A stretch of 63,688 nt of DNA, counting the filler, from Octopus bimaculoides (lineage: Eukaryota), in assembly GCF_001194135.2 (NCBI RefSeq). It is 4 parts of 3 records of this genome, joined end to end, with 100 filler letters (N's around TTAATTAATTAA, not from the genome) between each part and the next. Parts side by side here need not be neighbours in the genome. Positions count along the whole stretch, not along the records: positions 43,499 to 63,688 come from NC_069003.1; 3 more parts are not named here. One strand, given 5' to 3'. The notes below the pieces were generated by a model. It did no database searches. It saw only the letters and a list, made by a program, of their open reading frames with translations, and was not told the DNA's origin. The first letter of the stretch is position 1. Each line of letters begins with the position of its first letter. This document shows, piece by piece, positions 52,790-63,420 of this stretch. The position numbers and the translations under genes were made by a program.

Positions 52790-52821
<32 letters not shown>

Positions 52822-53189
52822 AAATACCTTGATGCAGTACTAGGCAGTGGCTCTCATGGCTTTTGATCTAAACTGATTGAAACTGTTATCAGCTACGTTG
52901 CTTTGTCTTGATTTAAAAAGATGGCCTACAGCAAATATTCTGCTCAATACAACAGAGTTGCTTGTCAGTTGCTTGTCCTTAACTAGTTGAATATGTCCCT
53001 TAGAGGATGATGATAGGTGCATCTCTGATTACACGGCCCTCATTCAGGGACTTTTTGAACAGGATGGACTACTCAACCAAGGAAAATTCTAACTGGGTCC
53101 ACCTGCAAGGTCATGTGCTGTTTATCCTGATATGAGATCACCATGTTGCACAAATATGGTTGTAATGCATGTGCCTAGTGTACACTTAC
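52822..53189 (+). mobile_element. Repeat family 3 copy ending at the donor of micro-exon G
   Basis: Homologous to 4785-5040 through gcatgtgcctagtgtacacttacc. Confidence 0.8.
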
Positions 53190-53218
53190 CAAACCGTGTG
53201 CTGCCATCTGTTGCCACA
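53190..53218 (-). CDS. NB-ARC-TPR gene 29-nt micro-exon G (phase 2-1)
   Basis: Acceptor ctatttctttag, donor gtaagt; VATDGSTRF(G). It is required to bridge phase-2 exon F to phase-1 exon H; without it the frame hits a stop. Confidence 0.7.
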
Positions 53219-53352
53219 CTAAAGAAATAGTCTCGGAATAATTTGATACATCCTCATAACATAATAAATAAATAAATATAATATAATATAAATGATGATG
53301 ATGATAATGATGATGATGATGAATATAATACAATAAATGAAAGAATGCTTAC

Positions 53353-53464
53353 TCTCGTAGATGGATCTTGGCTTTGATCAAGTTTATCCTTATAAAGTTT
53401 GTGTGCTTAATACAAGATTCTCTTTGGTACACTTCTGCACAATGAATCGTCTCCAGAGACTTTC
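53353..53464 (-). CDS. NB-ARC-TPR gene exon F (phase 1-2)
   Basis: Acceptor tttcattacag, donor gtaagc; KSLETIHCAEVYQRESCIKHTNFIRINLIKAKIHLR(D). Confidence 0.85.
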
Positions 53465-53505
53465 CTGTAATGAAATCAGGTTATTGAAATTCGATTAGTA
53501 TTAGA

Positions 53506-53544
<39 letters not shown>

Positions 53545-53559
53545 ATGGGTTCTCTTGTC

Positions 53560-53910
53560 GTGAACAACAAATGAGGACCCAGTAAAATAAAGTATGAATC
53601 ATGTTCTGTGGACACAAATGAGTCTCTTGAGGCCTGCTGGTGCCTTGAAAACCTTTTGGCAAATGGACCAAGTTGAGCACTCAGTATGTTTGAGTGCTTG
53701 TTAATCATTCACTATGTGTTTTCTTGGGTGGACAGCAAGACCTGCTTTGTTTTGTACCATAGAACCACAATGGCAGATAAGGTGGTGGCTCATTCAAAGC
53801 AAGAACTAAAGCTTTGGTGCAAACAGTTCAAGATTCACTCTTTGCAGACGATTCTGCACACATTCTTCAGGATGTGCAATGGATTCTAAACAATTTCTTA
53901 CGTGCATGCA
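53560..53910 (+). mobile_element. Degraded RTE (BovB-like) RT fragment
   Basis: FKARTKALVQTVQDSLFADDSA...ILNNFLRAC. Confidence 0.7.
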
Positions 53911-54048
53911 CAGTTAAGGACACACACACACACACACACACACACAGATACTGATGCAAACGCATGCATAGATAAGGATACACACCTGAAAAAGGACACA
54001 ATGAACGAAACAGAACGGGAGGGGACACATGGGATGGAAAGTCACTGA

Positions 54049-54351
<303 letters not shown>

Positions 54352-54399
54352 TGAACAGACAGTAGTAGTAGAGACATGAAGTAAACAAATAGCTCTTAC

Positions 54400-54537
54400 C
54401 ATGTTTTCTTTTCAAGTCGGATTCTAGGTCAGCAATGTAGCACATTGGCACTACCCATCGGTTCTTCTCAAGACTATTTTCTTTTAACTTTGCCAGAGAT
54501 TTTTTGTAGAGATCTAAGGCTATTCTTTTCTCACCTC
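54400..54537 (-). CDS. NB-ARC-TPR gene exon E (phase 1-1)
   Basis: Acceptor tttcgtttaattcag, donor gtaaga; GEKRIALDLYKKSLAKLKENSLEKNRWVVPMCYIADLESDLKRKH(G). Confidence 0.85.
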
Positions 54538-55029
54538 CTGAATTAAACGAAACAGCAACAATTAAAAGTAAAGACAAACAGGATAAAAACAACAACAACA
54601 ACAACTGGGACTACTGATGTGCATATCATAAGTGTTCTTAGCACTTTAGTTAATATCAGGAGCCTGTAATTATACTTATACATGCAATGGTATGTATTCA
54701 TTAATAAAAGATTGTTCCGATGAAAATTCTCACGATAATTTTGGGAGGGTAATCTCAAAATCTGATATTGTTAAATACAGGAAATTCATCATTATAGCTT
54801 GAACAATTGGAATATAGAAAGAGAAACAAAAATCACATATTGGACTTACTTAGGTAATATGACCAAGCTAGTGTACTGATGATTATGCCAAAAGTTGGGT
54901 GAGAACAACGGTCTGGATCTTTCAATAATGTATCTACAACTACAGTCCCTTCGTCAATATGGCCTAAAATAGATTAGATACAGGTATATATTAAACATAC
55001 ACATATATGCATATATTATATATTAATAC

Positions 55030-55081
<52 letters not shown>

Positions 55082-55859
55082 TACTGCTTAGGGTTTTAAC
55101 ATATATAGATAAATAGATAAAAACAGATCAATATCTATAGGTTCAAGAATTCCAGCACACACTACTTGATTAAAGATCTGAAATGTTTAGCAAATGCAAG
55201 CACATGGCCAAGTTTCTTTTAGTCAAACCGGAGGATAGCTCCTGGTCCGCATTTAGTAGCTATCTCACAGACTTTGGCTTCATTTCTATTATATCATTCT
55301 ACATCAGCTAAATTAATTAGGATTTCTACAGACAAAAAGAACAAAGATCTTGGTTTTCTTATTTTTCTTTTCTTTCTTCTCATTCCACTTTTTGCATCAG
55401 CCTTCCTAGTGGTTTTCTTCTAGTTTTTTTTCCTCTCCCAGCTTTCTCATATACCGACGTCCTAGTTTTTAAACACATCCTATGATATGCACAGAGTCTG
55501 GAAGATTACTTGGAGATCCATGGCATATATAAATCTGCCAATTTATTTTAAGCATGAAGTTATTAGTAACTCTTTTGTAAGTCGTGTGTATTAAATGATA
55601 AACTATATATATAAATTATATATATAAACTAACAAGACACTAATCCCTTCAAGTAAATGACCCTGTTTGATATTGATAAGAGGTATAGGTAGAAGTTCCA
55701 TATGGTATACTCAGAGCAAATTATGAACATATAAGTGGTGTAATGGAATCGTAAAAAAGGTTCACAGAGAAATACTTTGTTTGTGGTCGTTGTGTAGGTG
55801 TAATAAACACTCAAAGCTTATGAGAAATAGATTTTCTGAAGTGCTCAAGCAGATCTCTA

Positions 55860-56320
55860 GAATTAGTAGATAGTTTCTGTTATCTAAGTGACCTAATTTG
55901 CAGTGGAGGAGGATGTTCTGAAAGCTTAATTGCTAGGATAAGAACAAGCTGGACAAAGTTACGAGAAATTTACCTCTGTTTGTAACATTAGAGTTTTCTC
56001 TCAGAGTGAAAGGTAGAATGCATGATGCTTGTGTGTGAACAGTAATACTTCATGGTTGTGAAACTTGGGCCATGAATGTAGAGAACATGTGAAAATTACA
56101 AAAAAAATAAAGCTAGCATTTCCCAATGTGCAATGAGGAAAAAATTGGATATTAAAAGCATCAGACGTAGTGTACAAGAGAAGGTCACACTGGTATGGTC
56201 ATTTGATGCAGACCAATGAGGACGGCTGCATAGAGAAGTGCTGATCGGTAAATGTGGATGAAATCTGAGGAAGAGGGAGACCAAGGAAAATTTGGGATAA
56301 AATGGTGAAAGCCTTCGACA
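55860..56320 (+). mobile_element. Degraded RTE LINE 3' fragment
   Basis: LICSGGGCSESLIARIRTSW; SLRVKGRMHDACV*TVILHGCETWAM; WYGHL...RGRPRKIW. Confidence 0.8.
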
Positions 56321-57533
56321 GGGTCATTTTACTTGTAACAACACCTTTTTGTTTTAAAACTCAAAAAAATTACTTTTGATCGGTTTGTGGGGGGAGGGCT
56401 GTAACAGATTCATTATATTTTAGTTAATTTCAATGGGGAAAATTGATTTCTAAAATGTGTAAATCATAAGACAAGCTCGGTCATGGAACGAATTAAACTC
56501 GTACTGTGAGGTATCACAATATATATATATATATTATATGATGATGGGCTTCTTTCAGTTTCTGTCTACCAATCCAAAGGTGTCACAGAATGGAACCGAA
56601 TGCTAAGTCTTGTACTCCTTGCTCATGTTTCTTTCTGGTTGTCAAACTATGAATGCAAAGAAATAAAACAAATTCAAACTTTTTTCATTGCAGAGGTTCA
56701 AATTGAAATATTAAACTGTGGAATCTATTCCCAATATCGACCAAGAATTTGGCCAGAGCACCATCACCAACCGTTGTTCCAATATTTGTTCCAAATATTT
56801 TGTAGCAGAGATTGACCAAAGCTGAGGATGAGGATGGTGTAAGAAAACTACACTTGTATAGTCATGTGTTCCAGATCAAAGAGAACAGCTGAACAAAGTG
56901 GTGCCAATCACAAAATTTGGATGGATTGTGTGGAAGAAGAAGAAGAAGGAGGAGGAGGAGGAGGAGGAGAAAAAGGAAGATGTGAGGTGAAGTAGTAAAG
57001 AAAGANNNNNNNNNNGAGGAGGAGGAGGAGGAGAAGAATAATAAGAAGAAGAATAAGAAGAAGAAGAAGAAGAATAAGAAGAAGAAGAAGAAGAAGAAGA
57101 AGGAGGAGGAGGAGGAGGAGGAGAAAAAGGAAGATGTGAGGTGAAGTAGTAAAGAAAGATCTTTGGATGTTGAGTTCCATAATGGACTGAGATAAAATCA
57201 ATATGATGCTGTGCTTGAGAATTGAAATGCAAAACAGTGGAACCAACTCACCATTGTTCTAACATTTGTTAATCATTTGTAGGAGAGATGGGATCAACCT
57301 TGAAGATAAGAATGGTTAGAGACGACTTTCTGCTATTATGACAAGTAACAAAAAAAAAAAAAGATTTTATATGATAATCTTCAATGTTCTGTACATTGAC
57401 TAGACTGAGATTATGCACAAATATACTTTCACAAACCAAAGCTGATCAAAATAATTGTTTTGTCAGTTGATTAGTGAAATGATCCACAAGTACTACAAAA
57501 CAAAAAAAAAAATATTAATTTAATATTAATTAC

Positions 57534-57643
57534 CTTGACACATGTAATTGTATGCCAAGGTGCTTTGACAGAAAGTTTTCATAAATTTCTCTTCTTCTGC
57601 ACTTCGGTCATCTATCTTGATTCTGATGGCTGTCATGCAATAC
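57534..57643 (-). CDS. NB-ARC-TPR gene exon D (phase 2-1)
   Basis: Acceptor ttcttttgtcgacccag, donor gtaatt; YCMTAIRIKIDDRSAEEEKFMKTFCQSTLAYNYMCQ(G). Confidence 0.85.
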
Positions 57644-58289
57644 CTGGGTCGACAAAAGAATTGGCAATTAATTTTAGAAAAGAAACTCTGACTAAACTAA
57701 TGTACAAAGATACATCTGCTTCTGTTTGATCGTATATTTACCTGTGTTTGCATTACTAATCTGATCTAAGTGGCAGCAACTCTCACAGACTTAGTAATTC
57801 TACTGCCTTTTGTTACCATATTTCTCTTCAAGTAAAAAACTGATTCTATTTCAGTTAATTTTCAAAATAATGAAGGATTTTTCAAAATAACTTTCTCGTT
57901 ATGAAGTTGTTGTTTGGAACGTAAAATAACTTGGAGTTTTGATGAGAAATTTTCATTTAGATCACCTTAAAACAAAATGTTTGTATTATATGAAAACGGC
58001 CGGTCCCAGGATGGTTAATATCAAAAGGCTTTTAAACCATTTGTTCTACGTATTTTGTAAATCCAGTTTAGAGAGTTCCCATAATAAAAAACAAAAACTT
58101 CTATTTCAAATTGAATTTATTTCCCAAGTTTTTCAGTCACAGCTGAGCACATTTCTCAACACCTTTATCTTATATTTCAAAGTCAGCAGAGAGCACAAGT
58201 TCTAGCAGATGGTATGGTCGAATGTATGGACTGTAGTATGGTCTTTTAGCAAACCCATAAAGCAAAGCCAAAATCTACTTCAATGAGAC

Positions 58290-58510
58290 TTAACCGCTTT
58301 TGTTAACATATTTCTGTTAAGATGCTTTGTGTTTCTTTCAATTAATTTGAAATATAACAAAGAATTTAGTAAAATAACTTCGTTATCATTAAACTAGTGT
58401 TAGGAACATAAATTGTGGTGGGGGGATTTTAATTCAGAACTTTTGAAAAGAAGACATTTGTACTACAAAGCCAGAGGCAGTTTCAGGCGGTTTGGAACCA
58501 AAAGGGTTAA
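58290..58510. mobile_element. piggyBac-type MITE, second family
   Basis: TTAA-CCGCTTTTG...CAAAAGGG-TTAA termini. Confidence 0.6.
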
Positions 58511-58609
58511 ACAGAATGTGCAGGGAGCTGAGGGAAAGGTCAAAAGATCAATCACCAATCATCAATCACTCCTTGAATTTATATTGGGATTCAGAGAAGG
58601 AACATGAAG

Positions 58610-58830
58610 GGACTGGAATAATATTGGTCTCAAATTTTGGCACAAGGCCAGCAATTTCAGCAGAGGGAATAAGTCAGTTACATTAACCCCAGTATTCAAC
58701 TGGTACTTATTTTACTGACCCTTAAAGACCAAAGAGTAAAGTCAGCCTTGACACAATTTGAACTCAGGATCTAAAGATTGATGAAATGCCCGTAAGCATC
58801 TGGCCAGGCATTCTAACAACTCAGAGAACC
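58610..58830 (-). mobile_element. SINE family 2 (another partial copy at 59489-59600, minus)
   Basis: Diverged reverse-complement copies. Confidence 0.75.
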
Positions 58831-58880
58831 AGGAGGGTAATGCTATTATTTTATCAACAGCATATTTTCAAAAATATTAC

Positions 58881-58981
58881 CTGTGGGTATCCTTCCAGGA
58901 GCCTTTCCAATAAGAGATCATGGCCAATGTAGTATATACTTTGATGATCTTGGAATTTTTTTTCAAAGTTTGAAAGGTGTC
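58881..58981 (-). CDS. NB-ARC-TPR gene exon C, 5' part hidden in N gap 58982-59488 (ends phase 2)
   Basis: DTFQTLKKNSKIIKVYTTLAMISYWKGSWKDTH(R), donor gtaata; TPR helix pattern; phase 2 matches exon D. Confidence 0.75.
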
Positions 58982-60037
58982 NNNNNNNNNNNNNNNNNNN
59001 NNNNNNNNNNNNNNNNNNNNNNNNNNNNNNNNNNNNNNNNNNNNNNNNNNNNNNNNNNNNNNNNNNNNNNNNNNNNNNNNNNNNNNNNNNNNNNNNNNNN
59101 NNNNNNNNNNNNNNNNNNNNNNNNNNNNNNNNNNNNNNNNNNNNNNNNNNNNNNNNNNNNNNNNNNNNNNNNNNNNNNNNNNNNNNNNNNNNNNNNNNNN
59201 NNNNNNNNNNNNNNNNNNNNNNNNNNNNNNNNNNNNNNNNNNNNNNNNNNNNNNNNNNNNNNNNNNNNNNNNNNNNNNNNNNNNNNNNNNNNNNNNNNNN
59301 NNNNNNNNNNNNNNNNNNNNNNNNNNNNNNNNNNNNNNNNNNNNNNNNNNNNNNNNNNNNNNNNNNNNNNNNNNNNNNNNNNNNNNNNNNNNNNNNNNNN
59401 NNNNNNNNNNNNNNNNNNNNNNNNNNNNNNNNNNNNNNNNNNNNNNNNNNNNNNNNNNNNNNNNNNNNNNNNNNNNNNNNNNNNNNNNGAAAGACAACCT
59501 TAACAGAATTTGAATTCATAACATAGACAGACAAAATGCCATTAAGCATTTCCCCCAGGGTGCTAATAATTCTGTCAGTTTGCCATCTGATGCAGCTAAA
59601 ATATTGTGGTACCAGCACATCCCAACTTCTAGATGTTTCCAACCACAGATAGCTCAGGATCTTAAATCCAGAGTTTTCCATCACTCACCAAGTCATCTTA
59701 CACTGCATGTGAGGCGCCTGTGCCACTGACAAGTAAAACAAAGGTGACACGGACACTTCTTTTTGTCTTTTGATTGTACTTTACTCAGGGGTTACCAGTT
59801 GGAAGGAAAGGGTGTGGTTAGTCTTTTAGTTCCCAAATATTTGCAGTGAGTAGAGTTTAGTTTCGTTATATATTTCATTCATTTCTGTATGTTTTCATGC
59901 TACATAGTTACATAGAAACCTAGCTGGGTAGAGAGAAAGCCAATTGTTCTAGAGATTGGTAGCTACACTTGTTAGTTGAGCAAGGCACCTTCAAATACTG
60001 TCAATATATGAAGGGAAACATATCATCAAGAGAGATT

Positions 60038-60140
60038 ATATAAGAAATGATATCAGATATATAAGAAATGATATCAGATATATAAAAATGATATCAGATA
60101 TATAAGAAATGATATCAGATATATAAGAAATGATATCAGA
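60038..60140. repeat. 21-bp minisatellite x5 (atataagaaatgatatcagat)
   Basis: Directly visible; each unit has the palindrome TGATATCA; the third unit lacks one base. Confidence 0.95.
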
Positions 60141-60152
60141 CTAAATAATTAC

Positions 60153-60306
60153 CTGGATGCTTAATAAGGGACTGACCAATCTTGTATTGAAGGAAAGCTT
60201 GTTCTTCTTTAGAGCCGAACAGGAGAGACATATCGTAGCAGCATTGGTAAAAGTTGACTGCTCTTTTAGGATGCAGAGAAATAATCTTACCAGCTTTCTC
60301 ACAGAG
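60153..60306 (-). CDS. NB-ARC-TPR gene exon B (phase 0-1), TPR-like
   Basis: Acceptor ctctctaaacag, donor gtaatt; LCEKAGKIISLHPKRAVNFYQCCYDMSLLFGSKEEQAFLQYKIGQSLIKHP(G); phase matches exon A. Confidence 0.85.
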
Positions 60307-60361
60307 CTGTTTAGAGAGTAACAAAAAGAGAGTAGACATCACATGAAGCAGCAACAATGAT

Positions 60362-60892
60362 AAGAGCAAGTAGTAGTAAAGTCCTGGGGGTGCAATTCAC
60401 CCAACCAAAGTTGTTGAAGGTGGTGCCCCAGTATGGCCATAGTCTAATAGCTGAAACAAATAAAGAGTTAAAAATAAAAGGTAATAGGTGCAGGAGTAGT
60501 TGTGTGGTAAGAAGCTTGCTTACCAACCACATGGTTCCAAGTTCAGTCCCACTGCATTGTACCTTGGGCAAGTGTCTTCTACTATAGCTTCAGGCCAACT
60601 GAAGCCTTGTGAGTGGATTTGGTAGACAGAAACTGAAAGAAGTCTGTCGTGTATGCATATGTGTGTGTGTGTATGTGTGTGTGTGTGTCTGCATTTGCCT
60701 CCCCACCATCACTTGACAACTGATGTTGGTGTGTTTAAGTTCCCGTAACTTAGCGGTTCAACAAAAGTGACCGATAAAATAAGTACTGGGCTTACAGAAA
60801 ATAAGTTCCGGGGTCGATTTGTTTGACTAAGAAGGTGGTGCTCCAGCATGGCCACAGTCAAATGACTGAAATAAATAAAAGAATAAAAGAAT
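60362..60892 (+). mobile_element. SINE family 1: a 3' end (60362-60480) plus a full copy (60485-60892) filling the exon A-B intron
   Basis: Same consensus. Confidence 0.85.
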
Positions 60893-60926
60893 CTAAAACT
60901 AGAGGAAAAGTAAGAAGATTACTTAC

Positions 60927-61946
60927 ATCATAAAGGTTTTGAAAATACAAACGATCCCCATATGCACTGTGAAGCACTTTGCCAAACAAGTCTTGAATTG
61001 TCTGTTGTTGGTCAGCGAGAAGATTCTGTACCTGTTGAAATTTTTGGTCCCGGAAATAGCTTGCGGCCGTTAGAAATATTTCCCCAGTGATCTGAGTAAA
61101 ATACAAATGTGCACAGCATGATGACCTCACACTGTAGAATGACCGGTTGACTGGCAATTGTGATGACCGGTTGACTGGCAATTGTGATGACCGGTTGACT
61201 GGCAATTGTGACGATTGGTTGTAAGCTTGTCTGATGATTGGTTGTAAGCTGTAAGTTTGGTCTTCATTTTCAATAAGTAATCCTGATTTCTTGATGAAAT
61301 GACTCGGATTTTCTAAGTAGCCGTTTTCGCTGTGGTTAATCCATTCAGCTACGAATTGAAGATAGTTGTACGAGAACTGGACATCTGAACAAGATAGTGT
61401 GGCCAGTAATTTCTTAACAGGTTGTGATGTACTATTTAACATACCGTTAATACATTTGAAATATTCATCTGGAATTTCAAATTTTTCGAAGCAATCTTCA
61501 ATACCTTTTTGGTTAGGGAAAAGTGACAACATTTCAGCAAGTTTGAGTATCATTCCAGGGAATCCACAACACCGATCAAGAAGGGAATTAATCAACCTCT
61601 TACAGCTAGAAGTCACATTTGATGAGAACTCACAGTTAAAGAGTTCTCTCGCTTTTGATTTCCCTAAAGGCAACACCTGGAACTCTTTTGTACAAAGTTC
61701 ATTGGTCAATAATGGTTTAAGTCCTCGAAACACCACAATAAAAGTGGTCTCTGGAAAAGTGATACTGGAATTTTCCATGAACTCGAGTTTTTCAGATTTT
61801 TCAGTGTTTGATAAAGCATCAAAGTGATCGAAAACAATGATATTTCCCCGATTTAGTTTCCTGAGATTTTGGTGATCAGCACAATTTGTTTTACAACAAA
61901 AATATTGAACTTCTCTCGATGTCTTCGTCTTGACTTCCTTCAGAAC
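60927..61946 (-). CDS. NB-ARC/STAND NTPase-TPR gene, exon A (340 aa, phase 0-0): NTPase C-terminal half, helical domain and winged helix
   Basis: Acceptor ttgtttaatttcag ends at 61947 and donor gtaagt starts at 60926; the 1020-nt exon is open. Translation VLKEVKTK...RGNIIVFDHFD (Walker B)...TFIVVFR (sensor-1)...FQVLPLGKSKARELF...LLDRCCGFPGMILKLAEML (GxP)...TYSLQPIIRQ (MHD-like)...FQNLYD. This extends track ORF 60858..61778 upstream by 56 codons. Confidence 0.85.
61141..61212 (-). repeat. In-frame 24-nt tandem repeat x3 inside exon A (SSQLPVNR)3
   Basis: gaccggttgactggcaattgtgat x3 on the plus strand. Confidence 0.95.
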
Positions 61947-63034
61947 CTGAAATTAAACAATATAGTAACTGCGTACGTAAATATACATGTATGCTTATAT
62001 ATAAATATACATAGCTCTTATTTCTAGCAATGTAGGTGGTTTCTATCACCCTTGTTAGATTTAGCGACAATTATAATTCTTCTTTTTGGTGAAACATTGC
62101 AAACTGCTGTTTATATATATACATATATACATACCTACACACACACATATCATCATCATCATCATCATCGTTTAACGTCCGCTTTCCATGCTAGCATGGG
62201 TTGGACGATTTGACTGAGGACTGGTTAAACCAGATGGCTGCACCAGGCTCAATCTGATCTGGCAATGTTTCGACAGCTGGATGCCCTTCCTAATGCCAAC
62301 CACTCTGAGAGTGTAATGGGTGCTTTTACGTGCCATCATCATGGGAGCCAGTCAGGTGGTACTGGCAACGGCCACGCTCAAAATGGTGTATTTTATGTGC
62401 CATTTTGAGCGTGGCCGTTGCCAGTATNNNNNNNNNNNNNNNNNNNNNNNNNNNNNNNNNNNNNNNNNNNNNNNNNNNNNNNNNNNNNNNNNNNNNNNNN
62501 NNNNNNNNNNNNNNNNNNNNNNNNNNNNNNNNNNNNNNNNNNNNNNNNNNNNNNNNNNNNNNNNNNNNNNNNNNNNNNNNNNNNNNNNNNNNNNNNNNNN
62601 NNNNNNNNNNNNNNNNNNNNNNNNNNNNNNNNNNNNNNNNNNNNNNNNNNNNNNNNNNNNNNNNNNNNNNNNNNNNNNNNNNNNNNNNNNNNNNNNNNNN
62701 NNNNNNNNNNNNNNNNNNNNNNNNNNNNNNNNNNNNNNNNNNNNNNNNNNNNNNNNNNNNNNNNNNNNNNNNNNNNNNNNNNNNNNNNNNNNNNNNNNNN
62801 NNNNNNNNNNNNNNNNNNNNNNNNNNNNNNNNNNNNNNNNNNNNNNNNNNNNNNNNNNNNNNNNNNNNNNNNNNNNNNNNNNNNNNNNNNNNNNNNNNNN
62901 NNNNNNNNNNNNNNNNNNNNNNNNNNNNNNNNNNNNNNNNNNNNNNNNNNNNNNNNNNNNNNNNNNNNNNNNNNNNNNNNNNNNNNNNNNNNNNNNNNNN
63001 NNNNNNNNNNNNNNNNNNNNNNNNNNNNNNNNNN

Positions 63035-63090
<56 letters not shown>

Positions 63091-63127
63091 ACCTGTAAAT
63101 AATATGTGACAATTATTCGGTAGCCAT

Positions 63128-63188
63128 GATAAAACTCCGAGTTTCGGATGCTGGGGCAGAAACCCACGCCGCCCTCTCTTCAGTTACC
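63128..63188 (-). ncRNA. Type-I hammerhead motif with intact core
   Basis: GGUAA-CUGAAGA-[31-nt irregular stem II]-GAAA-CUCGGAG-UU-UUAUC; stem I has 5 bp (one G-U) and stem III is the quasi-palindrome ACUC-G-GAGU. Confidence 0.65.
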
Positions 63189-63251
63189 TGGCCATTGAAA
63201 ATTCCTGGCTCTTTTCCATAGGAATTTTCAATGGTCAGATAACTGAAGAGA
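63175..63251. repeat. 32-bp inverted repeat, 13-nt loop, 2 non-Watson-Crick positions
   Basis: 63175-63206 versus 63220-63251. Confidence 0.95.
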
Positions 63252-63420
63252 TGGCTTTTGTTTTTTTCTTGCTTTTTTTTTGTGTAAATTTTCACTATAT
63301 ACATGTATATTTATATATATACACACACATATATACACATGCACACATATATGCTTATATACACATACATATATGCTTATATACACACACATAAATGCAT
63401 ATATGTATATATGCATATAT

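Noticed and set aside
56950-57158. Duplicated ~55-bp purine-rich segment around a 10-N gap
   Set aside because: Low-complexity sequence flanking a gap; probable assembly overlap.
59489-59684. Start of track ORF 58854..59684 as an exon
   Set aside because: 59489-59600 is a reverse SINE-2 copy. The true frame of exon C is the other open frame (DTFQTL...), fixed by its phase match to exon D.
60038-61212. Short tandem repeats as a possible CRISPR array
   Set aside because: There are no unique spacers and the context is eukaryotic.
62360-62426. Perfect 27-bp inverted repeat with 13-nt spacer
   Set aside because: It ends exactly at a contig edge inside a common repeat, so it is most likely a fold-back read artefact.
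63220-63251. Resemblance of the hairpin arm (UCUUCAGUUAUCU on the minus strand) to miR-9
   Set aside because: The seed differs, the stem is too perfect, and the sequence is explained by a pLTR inversion.
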